In this document: positions 29,983 through 43,738 of the stretch, one piece after another
Numbering within the stretch: position 1 is the stretch's first letter
How the letters are laid out: each line of letters opens with the position of its first letter
NCBI GenBank assembly: GCA_951406725.2
Contig: OX597835.1
Coordinates: 30,814,001-30,878,000 of the forward strand
Direction: 5' to 3'
Origin: Octopus vulgaris
Taxonomy: Eukaryota
Length of the DNA: 64,000 bases
Program-made: the position numbers and the translations under genes
Notes under the pieces: generated by a model
Seen by the model: only the letters and a program-made list of their open reading frames with translations
What the model was told of the DNA's origin: nothing
Database searches by the model: none

Positions 29983-30137
29983 ATAACTATTTCTCTCTCG
30001 CCCCCTTCTCTCTCGCTCGCTCTCTCTCTCTCTCCCTCTCTCTATATATATTTATATATATATATATATAGAAATTCGGGGTATACTTGATAATTATAAG
30101 CACCTGTGTATACCGTTTGGTGGTGTAGGTGGTGGAG

Positions 30138-30211
30138 TAAATTGATCAAAATAAAATAAAAACATGATAAAATCCTTCGCATCATGTTTTTATTTTATTT
30201 TGATCAATTTA
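30138..30211. repeat. Perfect 31-bp inverted repeat with 12-nt loop
   Basis: TAAATTGATCAAAATAAAATAAAAACATGAT (30138-30168) is the exact reverse complement of 30181-30211. Confidence 0.95.
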
Positions 30212-30251
30212 TATATATATATATATATATATACGTATATACATACTTATA

Positions 30252-30305
<54 letters not shown>

Positions 30306-31063
30306 CATAAATTGTTAGAAATAGGCAAACGTATTGAATATTGATAAATTAAAGCAGGAAGATAAAATGAGAGAAAGAGAGAAAGAGACTGAGAAAGAGA
30401 GAAGGAGAGGGAGAGACAGACAGAGCGAAACAGTTTCAGCAAAAACTGATGTTCACCAAAAATATGCCGGTTTATTGATACGGCGGAAGTAATTGATGAT
30501 GAAATATAACTACACATGCGCACAAATATACATTCTCATACACACACCCCACACTCATACAAAGGTACACACCCGTATAGAAGTATACACAGCGATTCTT
30601 ACACATACAGCAACACACATACACACACACGCACATAAATATCCAATCTGAGATGGCTCTCCCCACCGCTTCCTAACGGAATCCAATCACGCCCATCTCT
30701 CTTGACGACATAAAATACAATCAAACACTAAAGTTTAGATAAGAGCGGAAAGAGAATGAAAGAAATAAATATATATAGAGAGCCACAGTGATAGAGAGAG
30801 AGAAGGGAAAAGATAGGAAAAGGAAGAGAAATAAAAAGAAAGTTATGCGTTGCGCGGAATAACGAGGTATTAGCGACACAGCAACATTGCGAAATGTAAG
30901 GAGTTTTCAGGGGCCAGAAGCTAGAGGGCTTAGGTTCAAGGACCCTTAGGTAAGAATGGCAATAGCAGTAGTAGTGATAGTTATATCGGTGGTGGTGGTA
31001 GTCATATTCAAAAGCCCATTATTTGCAGTGTTATTATTAATATAAAATAATATTAACAATAAT

Positions 31064-31097
<34 letters not shown>

Positions 31098-31247
31098 TTA
31101 ATAATGATAGTACTACTACTAGTAGTGGTGGTAGTACTAGTAGTAGTAGTAGTTTTAGTATTATTAATTGTAATAGTTGTAGTAGTATTCATGATATATT
31201 TTTACTTCAAGATAAGTAGTAGCAGCAACAGTAGTATTAGTAGTAGC

Positions 31248-31310
<63 letters not shown>

Positions 31311-31854
31311 CATGATATAGTGTCTCCACGTTGGTGTAACATGACAAATCGAAATGCAATAATACACAGCAACAACATCAACAGGAAGGAGGAGGAGGAG
31401 ATGAAGAAGTGGAAGAAGAAGAAGAGGAGGAAGAAGAAGAAGAAGAAGAAGAAGAAGAAGAAGAAGAAGAAGAAGAAGAAGAAGAACAACAACAACAACA
31501 ACAACAACGAATGGAAAATGGCAAAGACAAGAATAAAAGCATGTAAAGACAAACAAAAATAAAATAACGATTCATGATTAAGGGAAAAAAAATTCAGAAA
31601 GGTGAAACTGAAGGAAAAAGGAAGAAGGAAAGGGGAAAAGGGAGGGAAAGAAACAGAGAAGGAGAGTAGGAAAGAAATAAAGAAGAAAAGATGATAGCAT
31701 CAAATATATATATATGTAATGGGGTAACATTGAAAAGTCGTAATGATGATCATAATGGGGTGTATATACGTATATGCATATATACATAAATCTATGTGTG
31801 TATGTGCATGTGCGTATGAATATGTGTGTATGTATATAGATATGTGTGTGTGTG

Positions 31855-31885
<31 letters not shown>

Positions 31886-32210
31886 AGCTATACATATATA
31901 CACACGCACATACATATATATGTATATATGTATGCAAACAGGTGTATATATATATATATATATGCATATATATATTCATGTATATTCATATGCATATATT
32001 ACAGACATAAACAACGGTAAGCACGTATGCACAATTGCAAAATTGGAATAGAAAACAAATGTGTATGAATAAAACACACACACACACAGAAAAACAACAA
32101 AAAAAACAAACAAAGATATAAAAACACAAGAAAAACATAAAATACAACAACCGAAGAAGAACAAAAAAACGCAAAAAGAAAATGAAGTAAAGTGTTAAAA
32201 AAAAGCGTAT

Positions 32211-32329
<119 letters not shown>

Positions 32330-33005
32330 AAGAAGAAGAAGAAGAGGAGGAGGAGGAGAAGGAGGAAGAGGAGGAGGAAGAGGCCGAATGAAACAAAAAG
32401 AAAACTACGCCCATAAATCATGATAAAGCGCAACGAATAAGGTTTTGATGGCGGCAATGATCAGAGAAGATTAGATTGGAAAAATCTGGACATAGGATTG
32501 TTAAGCTTGGATGGTTTACATCACATCACAAATATCGGGCCAACCATGACAAAAATGGCCGCTTTTATATTTGCGTATATCACACACACACAGACACACA
32601 CACACACACACACACACTCGTGCACACACATGTACATACATATGCGGTGTCACATATACACATATACACACATACAGAGATAGATAGTCATACGTTTACA
32701 CAGAACCTCTCTCTCTGTCAGAAACGTTCACTCGATTCCTAAAACTCCTCCCATCTTCCCCTCGTCTACCCCCCCCCCCCCCCAGTCGAACCCCCCGCCC
32801 CCATCCTCTACCCTTTCACACCCAGCATTTCTGTGCGCACTCGTATCAACAGTAACGCAACATAAAGCGGGAAATTTACAATCGCACAGGAATCGTTCAT
32901 TTAACTAAGTCATATGACCGGAAGAAAATGGACGTTACGACTTAATATGATGTCATGTTAAATGCTAATAAAATAATGATAACGATGATGATAATACTGG
33001 GTGAT

Positions 33006-33036
<31 letters not shown>

Positions 33037-33389
33037 ATGGTGATGATGATGATGATGATGATGATGATGGTGGTGATGATGATGATGGTGATGATGGCGA
33101 TGATGATGGTGATGATGATGAAGATGATGTTGATGATAATGATAATGGTGATAGTGGTGGTGGTGGTGGTGCCGGCGGTGGTGGTGGTGATGATATTGCT
33201 GGTGATGATGATGACGACGATGTCGATTTGTGATGGTGAAATAAAATCGGCTACAAATATAACAAAAACAATACACATTCGCCCACCCCCGCAGAAAAGA
33301 AAAAATGCAAGAGAAAGAAACAAACTAGAATATGCGTTTAGCGTCCATTTATTAATCAAAACATATTTAATTGCTATTTTCTACTATTG

Positions 33390-33527
<138 letters not shown>

Positions 33528-33594
33528 TACTGTGTCGTTGCTGTCCTCGCCGACGTCGTATTTAGGAAGTCTTCGAGGTAGCAGCAGGAAGGCG

Positions 33595-33765
33595 CGCGAC
33601 GTAATAGGTAGAGTGCCCTACGCCCGATCGCAAGATCGGGGTTTCGAATACTGAGCCGGATAGTGCGCTGTATTTTTAAGCAAACTTCAGTTTGAATTGC
33701 CCTAGTCAACTCAGTTGTAAAGTGAGTAATCCTGCGATGGACTGGCGTCCCGTCCAGGAGAGTGT
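33595..33765 (+). mobile_element. Degraded tRNA-derived SINE with CCTGCGATGGACTGGCGTCCCGTCCAGG module
   Basis: tRNA-like head (GTTTCGAATAC) and a 3' module resembling widely shared SINE central domains. Confidence 0.55.
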
Positions 33766-34420
33766 CTGCAAGTATTATATTAACATAGACCACCGCAACT
33801 ACCACTACTCCCAACGTACCTCCTCCTCTTCCACTTCCTCTTCCTTCTCCTCCTTCTCCTCCTCCACTTCCAACTCCGCCTCCTTCTTCGCTTCTTCTTC
33901 TTCTTCACCTCCTCCTACTACTACTACTATTACTGCTGCTGCTACTACTACTACTACTACTACTGCTAGTAGTAGTAGTGCATATCATTCTTTAGACCTT
34001 TAGGTAGCGGTGTGAATGCTCGTGGCATGGTGGTTAGAGTGTCCAGCTCATAAATGCCGCAAGGTAATGGTTTCTGTTCCTGAGACGTGAACTGCGTGAT
34101 GTTCTTGGGTAAAACACTTCCGTTTCGCCTTGTTTCAGCCCAGTCAAAGATGCCACATACTACAGTCTTGTTCGGAGGGGAATATCATAACGACGGGTTG
34201 GTATGTGCCCTAAATACGGGGTAACTGTTTCTAAGTGTCTTAGGGCTCAAGACACCATTATCCTAGGGAGCAGCATCTCTAGAGGGATGAACAAAAAAAC
34301 GTCGTGCATTATGTTGCCTTATTGTTGAGATCAAATATAGCAAAGTTCGATACAAATTAGGTTTTATCTGCCATTTTCGCAAAAAATATATGACTAAAAT
34401 CAAATAAATAAAAGCATATA

Positions 34421-34798
34421 TAACAAGAGTATTAAGAGAGTGCAAACTTCCGCCAAGGCAACACCAACGTCCTCTCAACGATAAGCCAGAGAGGATTTTT
34501 AAAATGAGAATATCTGAAATAAACTCCACTGCTCTCACAAACGGGAATAGTAAAAATGAACCCGACCGCTCTTAAAAAGTAAGTAAAAAAAACGGAAAAA
34601 TAGTCCAGAATCATTGTCCGGTGCCGGATTGGTCCCAAAATCTAATCCTTTCGTACCAGTTACGAGGCCAAATATCTCTGAAAGTTTCATCTGAATCCAT
34701 CCAGCGGTTCTTCGGATATCTTGTCCACGGAAAGCAAACAAGCAAACAATCAAATACGACTGAAAACAATACCTCCACCTTCGCTAAGGCAGAGTTAA
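34421..34798 (-). mobile_element. Helentron-associated non-autonomous element (HINE/DINE-1-like)
   Basis: Minus-strand 5' hairpin CTCTGCCTT-AGCG-AAGGTGGAG, GTTT-type microsatellite, 3' subterminal repeat GGCGGAAGT and short terminal palindrome; TT at the ends. Confidence 0.65.
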
Positions 34799-35024
34799 CT
34801 ATCAAAAACTGGGGCTGAAATAATTGAATGTTGTTTTTAATCTAACAGGTGTCCTAGTGTCTGTGATTGAAATTGATATAATTACCTGTTACATTAGTCT
34901 AATGTGCGACCTGGTATATATAGTACAAAAAAAATAATTGTCTATTCCATTAACCTAATTTGTACTTATGATAGAAATAAGTGTCTTGGGAAGCGATTGT
35001 AACAAACATGCAGATTAACCTAAA

Positions 35025-35074
<50 letters not shown>

Positions 35075-35162
35075 TAACAATAATAATAATAACAATAACA
35101 ATAATAATAATAACAATAATAATAACAATAATAACAATAATAATAATAAAAATAATAACAAT

Positions 35163-35227
<65 letters not shown>

Positions 35228-35336
35228 TAACAATAATAATAATAACAATAACAATAATAATAATAACAATAATAATAACAATAATAACAATAATAATAAT
35301 AATAATAATAACAACAACAACAACAACAACAACAAC

Positions 35337-35384
<48 letters not shown>
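35025..35384. repeat. (TAA/CAA)n compound microsatellite 5' of the Dong-like element
   Basis: Direct inspection. Confidence 0.95.
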
Positions 35385-35385
<1 letters not shown>

Positions 35386-36671
35386 TGCTGAGTTGTAATA
35401 GGATGCACCACCCAAAGGCAGACGTAGATCGCCTTTACCTTCCCAGAGCCCAAGGAGGTCGAGGCCTGATCCAATTTGAACTAGCTTACAAAACAACCAC
35501 AATTGGACTGGCCAAATATCTCGAAATATCGAATGACTGGATGCTAAAGCTCGTGGAAAATCACGAGAGACGAAAGAAGCTTCATTCTATCATCAAGGAA
35601 AGCAAACAATTTGCTATTGATCTCGTGCAGGATACCCAAACTGAACAACCCGAGGGAAGTACGGCAACTATTGTTGCAAAGAAGGTGAAAATGATGGCAA
35701 TGAAAAAAGCGCACGAGCAATTGGCTGATAGGTGGGAGGAGAAACCTCTGCACGGCAAATATGTGACCCGCAGCAAACAAGCTGATGTTGACCAGAAGCA
35801 AACCCATCAGTGGCTGCGGAGCTCAGGGCTAAAAGCAGAGAGCGAAGGTTTCATCCTGGCTGCTCAAGACCAAAGCCTATCAACCCGGAACTACCAGGCC
35901 AATGTGATGAAAAATGGAGCAGACCCAAAATGCCGATTCTGCAACGACATGATTGAAACAGTGGACCACCTAATCTCTGGATGTAAAGTCTTAGCACCAG
36001 TGGAGTATAAATTAAGACATGACAGAGTTGGCCAATATCTCCACTGGCTAATAAGTCGGCATTACAATATCAAAACTGCCGACAAGTGGTATAATCACCA
36101 CCCTGAGGCTGTAACTGAAGGAGAAAATGTAACCATTCTGTGGGACTTTCCAGTACAAACAGACCGAACCATCAAGGCCAATAAACCAGATATTGTTGTG
36201 AAAGACCAAAACAATAAAGTTTGCTTATTGATCGACATGAGCATCCCCTGTGATCATAATATCTCAGCGAAAGAGTTTGACAAGCTCAGAAAATATAAAG
36301 ACCTACTCATTGAAATTGAGAAAATGTGGCATCTCAAGGCGGTTACAATACCAGTGATCGTAGGAGCACTAGGAATGATCAAGAAGGGAACCGAAAATTA
36401 TATGAGAATGATCTCTGGCTTACCATCCCTGCAAGAAGTGCAAAAGATTGTCTTAACTGGTACATCACACGTATTGAGAAGAGCATTGTCGATGTAAGAA
36501 CTGTTGCTGCTCATGCATTTTAATTTAACTTTAAAAAAAAAAAAAAAAAAATGAACGAACTACTGAGTTTGGTTTAATGGCCTACCAATATACACTATGA
36601 GTTTCTTTGCCCTAGGAGTCGGGAAGACACTCGGCAAGAAATGGAAGCAAATTTGAAAGAAGAAGAAAAAA
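35385..36671 (+). mobile_element. 5'-truncated R4/Dong-like non-LTR retrotransposon (RLE type) inside a (TAA)n array
   Basis: Uninterrupted 370-codon frame (35385-36497) with RLYLPRxxGGRGL, LHGKY, ILAAQDQ, a CCHC knuckle (CRFC..ETVDHLISGC), RHD, PD..D nuclease (KPDIVV..IDMSIP), KxxKY and IVGALG motifs. 3' UTR ends A-rich. TAA repeats on both sides. Confidence 0.9.
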
Positions 36672-36742
36672 AGTAATAATAATAATAATAATAGAATGCC
36701 AATCAAGGAGAAAAGGATAACAACAACAATATCAATGATGTA

Positions 36743-37181
36743 CTGATGCAGTGGCACTTATGGCTTCTGATCTTAACTGATTGGAAGCGTAATCATGTAT
36801 ACGTTTTCTCATGGTATAAAAGAAGGGCAACTGCAAATATACTGCTCAATACCACAGATTTACTTGTCAGTTGTTTGACCTTAACAAGCTGAGCATGTCT
36901 CTTAATGGCCGACGATATGTGCACCTCTGATCACGAGCAGAAGTAGTGGGGAAGCATCATAGCCATGTGTTGAGAGGGATTCTTTGGGGTTTGAATAATT
37001 CACATTTGGAAACATGGGTGTTTCGTTCAACATCCTTAAACAACCCTTATTCAAGAACCTTTTGAGCGGGATGGGTAGCCCGTTTTTATACCAAGACAAA
37101 ACAATGTACATGATAACACTTCCAATCAGTTAAGATCAGAAGCAATGAGAGCCACTGTCTCTCTGGTACTGCATCAGGGCA
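36743..37181. mobile_element. Unclassified interspersed repeat, copy 1, with inverted duplication of one end
   Basis: 36743-36822 is inverted relative to 37083-37181; interior matches 63433-63690 in reverse. Confidence 0.7.
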
Positions 37182-37182
37182 G

Positions 37183-37299
<117 letters not shown>

Positions 37300-37308
37300 T
37301 TATTATCA

Positions 37309-37370
<62 letters not shown>

Positions 37371-37401
37371 ATTTTTATTATTATTATTATCATTTTTATT
37401 A

Positions 37402-37432
<31 letters not shown>

Positions 37433-37444
37433 TATTATTATTAA

Positions 37445-37477
<33 letters not shown>

Positions 37478-37539
37478 TGTTGTTGCTGTTCTCCTTGTTG
37501 TTATCAATGCTAATTATGATATTCATGACAACATTATTA

Positions 37540-38115
37540 CATGCTATATTAGTTAGCATTGGGGTTGTTCTGAGGATTGATTATCAGAAGTCACCTCACG
37601 TTTCAAGAATCCTCCTTAGGATTCACGAAGTATACGGAATTATAAAACCCTGCATGTCCACAAACAAGTCTCAGTTCCGATATCCTTGTCTTTCAGCTAG
37701 TAGTTTTAGTTTTATGCCAAATGCACCAATTACCAAAGAAATAATTGTCATCTTAGTTTTCCAAAATTCTTTCATCGTTTTGGTTAGGCTGTGATATTTC
37801 TCAATTTTCACACTTCTTTCTTTTTATTTTACGAGTGGTGGGGATATCTTATGTATTAGCATATGGCTTTGCAAATTATTTGATCTTACACTGTTTCTTT
37901 TGTCCCCTACAATCTTGTCCGGTCTTCTTGCTTCGATAGTGTGTGTGCGTGGTCAGTCTTTATAGGGAAATCCCAGAAAATCCAGTAATTCGTCTCCTTC
38001 CTCGCAGCCTCTGGTTCGTGTTCTTCCCACTTTTCTGCTACGTTGAATCCTCACACTTGACTAACATCCCAAAGTATTTTTACCTACGCAGTTATGTCCG
38101 TGTCATAAGCATTTT
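37540..38115 (-). mobile_element. Degraded R4/Dong-like RLE retrotransposon 3' fragment
   Basis: Manual minus-strand translation across frameshifts gives GHNCVGK, KWEEHEPE, IFWDFPIKTD, IEARRPD, KIEKYHSL, IISLVIGAFG and ILRRILET* (stop 37596-37598), collinear with the element at 35385. Confidence 0.8.
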
Positions 38116-39611
38116 TCTTATTCTCATCTTCTTCTTCTTCTTCTTCTTCTTCTTCTTCTTCTTCTTCTTCTTGTCGTCATTGTTCTTATTATTATGATCA
38201 TCATCATTGGATTTGCTAGAGAAAGACGTGATTTTGTTAGCTTGTGGAATTTTTATTAAAAAAAATCGCATCGGATTACATACGAAGCTAAACTGATTTT
38301 TTTTTTCTGCGCAGAATCTATTTACTCATATACCATGCAAAAAATTCCTTTCTGTTGCAGGAATTTTTGCAAGAAAAAAAAATTTCTTCAAACAAAGTTT
38401 TTTTACTTTCGTCGAGCATTTTAAGCGTGGCGGCTGAAGGAATACAAACCTCCATACATTTAACAAAGCGAAAGATATGAAACAAAAAATGTATAAGCAA
38501 CATAATGTAGATAGTTGCACATCAAAATTATAAGAAAACCAGTTTTCGAACTCAAATACGTTTTACACCATGATACACATAATATATATTAACTAAAATT
38601 ATAATCGAAAGAAAAGAAAAACAGTGTAATTAATTATCCATTTCCTGTATTTGTAGCAACAGTAAAATGTTCAACGAAATCTGTTAGTATGGAATGGACA
38701 GTCTCGGACAAATGTGTGACCAACACAAATGCTTCCTTACTCGAAAACCTGATCCTGGACTTGGAAATCCACTCGCAATGTTTTGAATTATTGTTCATGG
38801 TGCCACGCAATGGGAGGACTGAACCCGGAACCATGTGGCTGGGAAGCAAACCTATTACCTCCTAGCCACACCTGCACGTATTCAAAGAAATGATTTCAAA
38901 AGTCTCAAAGTAACAGCGCTTTGTAAACATATCTTGGTGTACAAACAAAAACAGAAGTAACAACCTAAAGCTCCACGAAGCTCCGGCAGGGGGTGGTGGC
39001 AACTCCTGTTGTACTCTTTCGCCCCAACTTTCTCTCACTCTTTCTTCCTGTTTCTTGTCCCCGACTTCCTACGCAACCGCATTCATCCATCCGTCGAAGC
39101 TCTCGGTGTCGGGGGTTAAATGCTTGCGCTTCTGCGAGATTTACGAATAGCAAAGGAGCACGTTTCGGACTTCTCCCGTCTTGCGAGCGCTGGGACGAAG
39201 ACCGTTCGCTCAACAGTAGCAGTAGCAACAACAATAACGTTCACAGATATTTCATCAAACGCAATTTAAGTAAAACCACACTTGAAATAAAACATTTTAC
39301 AGCAAGAAGGAATAGAGGGAAAAATTATGTCGCGAGAAGCTTTTCTATGTCTCTCGATGCTATCACTTGGATAAGAGATAAATAAGTTCTTATATCTTGC
39401 CAAAGCAGAATTTTCAGATGCTTTCCAATGAGTAATAGAAAGTACTCCATATGGGAGCAGATCTCATATCTAACGATGCGTGTTGTTTTGAGAACTGAGG
39501 CTGTGGTGAGAGAACAGTGGTTTGTTACATGTTACCCTGTCCACAAATTCGAGCCAGAGTATTTGTGACGGGAGAATGGCAGGGTCACACTCAAGATACA
39601 TACATACATAT

Positions 39612-39685
<74 letters not shown>

Positions 39686-39691
39686 GTATTA

Positions 39692-39990
39692 TGAGGTCAC
39701 TTGACCCAATGGTTAGGGTGCTGCAGTCACGCTCACGATATCGTAGTGTGAATTCTTATACCGGGTTGTACGTTGAGCTCTTGAGCAAGGCATTTCATTC
39801 ACGTTGCACATCGATCACTTCGACACCTGACATGCTCATACGATATCGATCTGATGGAGGGAGTGAGCTAATATACTACACATACATATGATCACTATAA
39901 ATACCTCCATTTGTGCAGGTCGTTCAGTTTCTCTAAGCCCTATAAAAGAACTCAGAAGGTCCTTTGCGATACCCTTCAAGCCAAGAACTT
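39692..39990 (+). mobile_element. Degraded tRNA/CORE-like SINE
   Basis: TGACCCAATGGTTAGGGTG head and CORE-like CTTGAGCAAGGCATTTCAT. Confidence 0.55.
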
Positions 39991-40015
39991 TTTAGCAGAC
40001 CCTCGTGTATGTATA

Positions 40016-40077
<62 letters not shown>

Positions 40078-40458
40078 TATGTCATATCATATCATATGGA
40101 TATCTGGGTGCATGTATATAAACATAAACATACATATATTTCTAAATATGACCATATATAGATAATACGGATACGTACATGTAAAATGTGTACGTATAAA
40201 CAGAACAAAAGGTAGCGTGGTGGGGAGACACAAGAGGAAATAAAGTGAGGGAATGATGTGATTCTTATAGTCTAGCTTTTGTGGTTCCATATTACCATTT
40301 CTATTCATGTAATATTTTCCTTCACTTAAAGTAATGCTTATATGAATTATAGACATGGTATGCTTAAATACATATGTATCATACTGCGTCACATCCTTTA
40401 TCAATTTGTACAAATACATGCATAGACGTGTATCTACACACACACACACACACACGCG

Positions 40459-40550
<92 letters not shown>

Positions 40551-41128
40551 AATATAGAAGTACATACGCACATAGATACATACATAGCCACACACACACT
40601 TACAAGCATATATCAGTGTAATATGATTTCTGAAATATATTTATCACATAATACGATTTATTTTCCTTATACATACATGAATATACATACGCGTACTTGT
40701 ATAGTATATACATAAATACATAGATATACAGTCATGCATAATTACACAGATGCTTCCACACACACATAAATACATACACACACACACACACATATATATA
40801 TGTATATATATATATATACACGCATCTCCGTTTATACAACCTAATGATGCGTAAATACATAAATATTTATTGAAGACAAGTCATTATGATAATCACTCTC
40901 AAGAAATTCACGTACTTCTTGCTTATCCACGAAAATCTGTGTACCAGCACTTAATAGATATGCTCACACAAGCACGCATACATCTATACATTGACTACCA
41001 CATGCACATACACACAAACATACGCACACGCACACACAAATGCATATATCTACATGCGAATATGATTACGTGTATGGGTGTATGTGTGTACTTATAAGTC
41101 CATATGCATATATACAGATGTATACATG

Positions 41129-41190
<62 letters not shown>

Positions 41191-41621
41191 TGTAAACACA
41201 CTCACAGACACATATGCATATATATACCTATATTACTTACCTGCTATGCAATGATAAAACAGAAACTTAATGGCGCATATTTTAAAATAATTCCCATATT
41301 TTTTATTGCTTTCTTTGGTATGTCTCTCGGTCTTTTTCTCTCTTACTCATTTTCCTTTACACTCTCACACACACACTCTCTCTCCTTCCCCCTCTCTCCC
41401 CTTCCCCCTCTCTCTCTCCCCCTCTCTCTCCCCTTCTCTCTCTCTCTCTATATATATGTCCATTTGACTATGCATCTGTGAATCTATTCACCGATCGATC
41501 TCGTCATCTACTTATTTATGTATCTATGTATCTGTTATTGATTCCCTCCGTTTCTCTCTATCTACGCCACCCTTTATCTATATATGTAATTATGTATGCA
41601 TGCATGTATGTATGTATGTAC

Positions 41622-41717
<96 letters not shown>

Positions 41718-42425
41718 TCATATATATATACATATACATATATATATATATATGTTATATGTATATGTATCCCTCTTCTCTCTCTCTCTCTCTCTCTCTG
41801 CCCCTCTGCATACATACGCACACAGATACAGACACACACATACATATGCACCTATCCATGCATGTGTGTATGTATGTGTATGTATACATGCATATGTATA
41901 TACACGCTGATGCGCCACACTCAAATATGTGAGTATATATTATCTGTTTCTTAATCTTTCTCTTTCTCTCTTTATTTACCCAGCCATCGACAAATCGTCG
42001 TACCCTATATATGTATGCGTATGTGTGAGTATGTATCCGTGTGTGTGTATGTGTTTGTGTGTGTGTGTGTGGTGATTCTCCTGCATGCATCAGTGAATAG
42101 ATGCATGTATGGGCGTATGTTGTATGGTGTACTTAGTTATAGATGTATGCGTCTTTCTCTTCTCCCTTGGTCTATTCAGAAATCATAAATAGACGGTGAG
42201 GAATTATACCAGACGCACATCGAAAATGTACGCAGCAAATAATACTTGAGAACGGAAATTAAATTTACGTATGTCTTCCAGGCCTCTCTTCTTCTTCTTC
42301 TTCTTCTTCTTCTTCTTCTTCTTCTTCTTCTTCTTCTTCTTCTTCTTCTTCTTCTTCTTCTTCTTCTTCTTCTTCTTCTTCTTCTTCTTCTTCTTCTTCT
42401 TCTTCTTCATCTTCACCATCATCAG

Positions 42426-42474
<49 letters not shown>

Positions 42475-42859
42475 TTCTTCTTCTTCTTCTTCTTCTTCTT
42501 CTTCTTCTTCTTCATCATCATCTTCATCATCATCACCATCATCATCTTCTTCTTCTTCTTCTTCTTCTTCTTCTTCTTCTTCTTCTTCTTCAGAAAGAGA
42601 GAAAGAGTTACATCACCTGGTAGTAATTTTCAAAAATGTAGACCAGAGTATTGAGAAATGAACTTTGTTGCTCGAGGATACAACGCAGCCCACCAGTCCA
42701 GGAATCGAACTCACAGCCTTAAGATCACAAGCCCAACACTCTAGCAACTAGCTCTTCTCTCGAAGATTTACCATTTATCTTTCCTTCAAATAAAAATCTT
42801 TATATATCTCGCATTCTTACTATTGAAGAAGGTGCGATATACATGAGGAATATTTGAAG

Positions 42860-43157
42860 GATCTACGATATTTGAATTCATCTACGAAGCAATTGCCCCA
42901 GCTCTCCTTCAGGATTGGCGAAAGCGATGTGGTGGACAACGAAAAACCTGGCTGATGACAGTCAAGGCTGATCTGGAGCCCAACCTAGGCCCCCATATCT
43001 ACGGCGTTCGCCACTGGAATAAGGAGTGGTTGGAGATCACGCTGTCGTTAGCCTCAAATCGCCGGGCTACTCGGCGTTTGTGAGAGATGCAGCATTGAGG
43101 ATGAATGAAGCCAGCGCAACCCACCCCGGGTGAATGCTGTTAAGTCAAGTCAAGTCA
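42860..43157 (+). mobile_element. RTE-clade LINE 3' end with (AAGTC)n tail
   Basis: Translates as DWRKRCGGQRKTWLMTVKADLEPNLGPHIYGVRHWNKEW..LASNR, typical of RTE ORF C-termini; short tandem tail AAGTC x3. Confidence 0.75.
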
Positions 43158-43169
43158 TTCTTACTATGT

Positions 43170-43669
43170 GACAAAAATAAGTTAGCATATTTTTTAAACC
43201 AAATTGTTGAGAGTAATGATGCTTTTACATTTACAGATTACAGTGCTTCTTCATTAATTTTATGCTTTGCCCAACATATTCTAAATAATCTTCTATATGC
43301 CCACGACCCAAAAGCCTTTAGTTGGTCAGTTACAGTTTTTGCCAATGTCCTTCATCATCTGGCAGTGTTGTCTAGTCCTTGATCTCATTAAACCAGTTTG
43401 TTCTAGATCTTCCTCTCAAACATCTGCCATTTATCATTCTTTCTCGTAACGGTTTTTTCTATGCCTGGTCCCTTACAATTTGACCAAAGTAATTTAGCTT
43501 CTCTTTATTATCATTAATTGTAATGATCATTTTGTATCTAATAATTATCACACATTTCTAGTTTCATGTTTTGCCAAAGATATGCCATACATTCTTATAT
43601 AACCTCGGGTCGACTAGGCCTTGTGAGTGGATATTTGGCAGACGGAAAGAGAAAGAAGCCCGTCGTATG

Positions 43670-43738
<69 letters not shown>

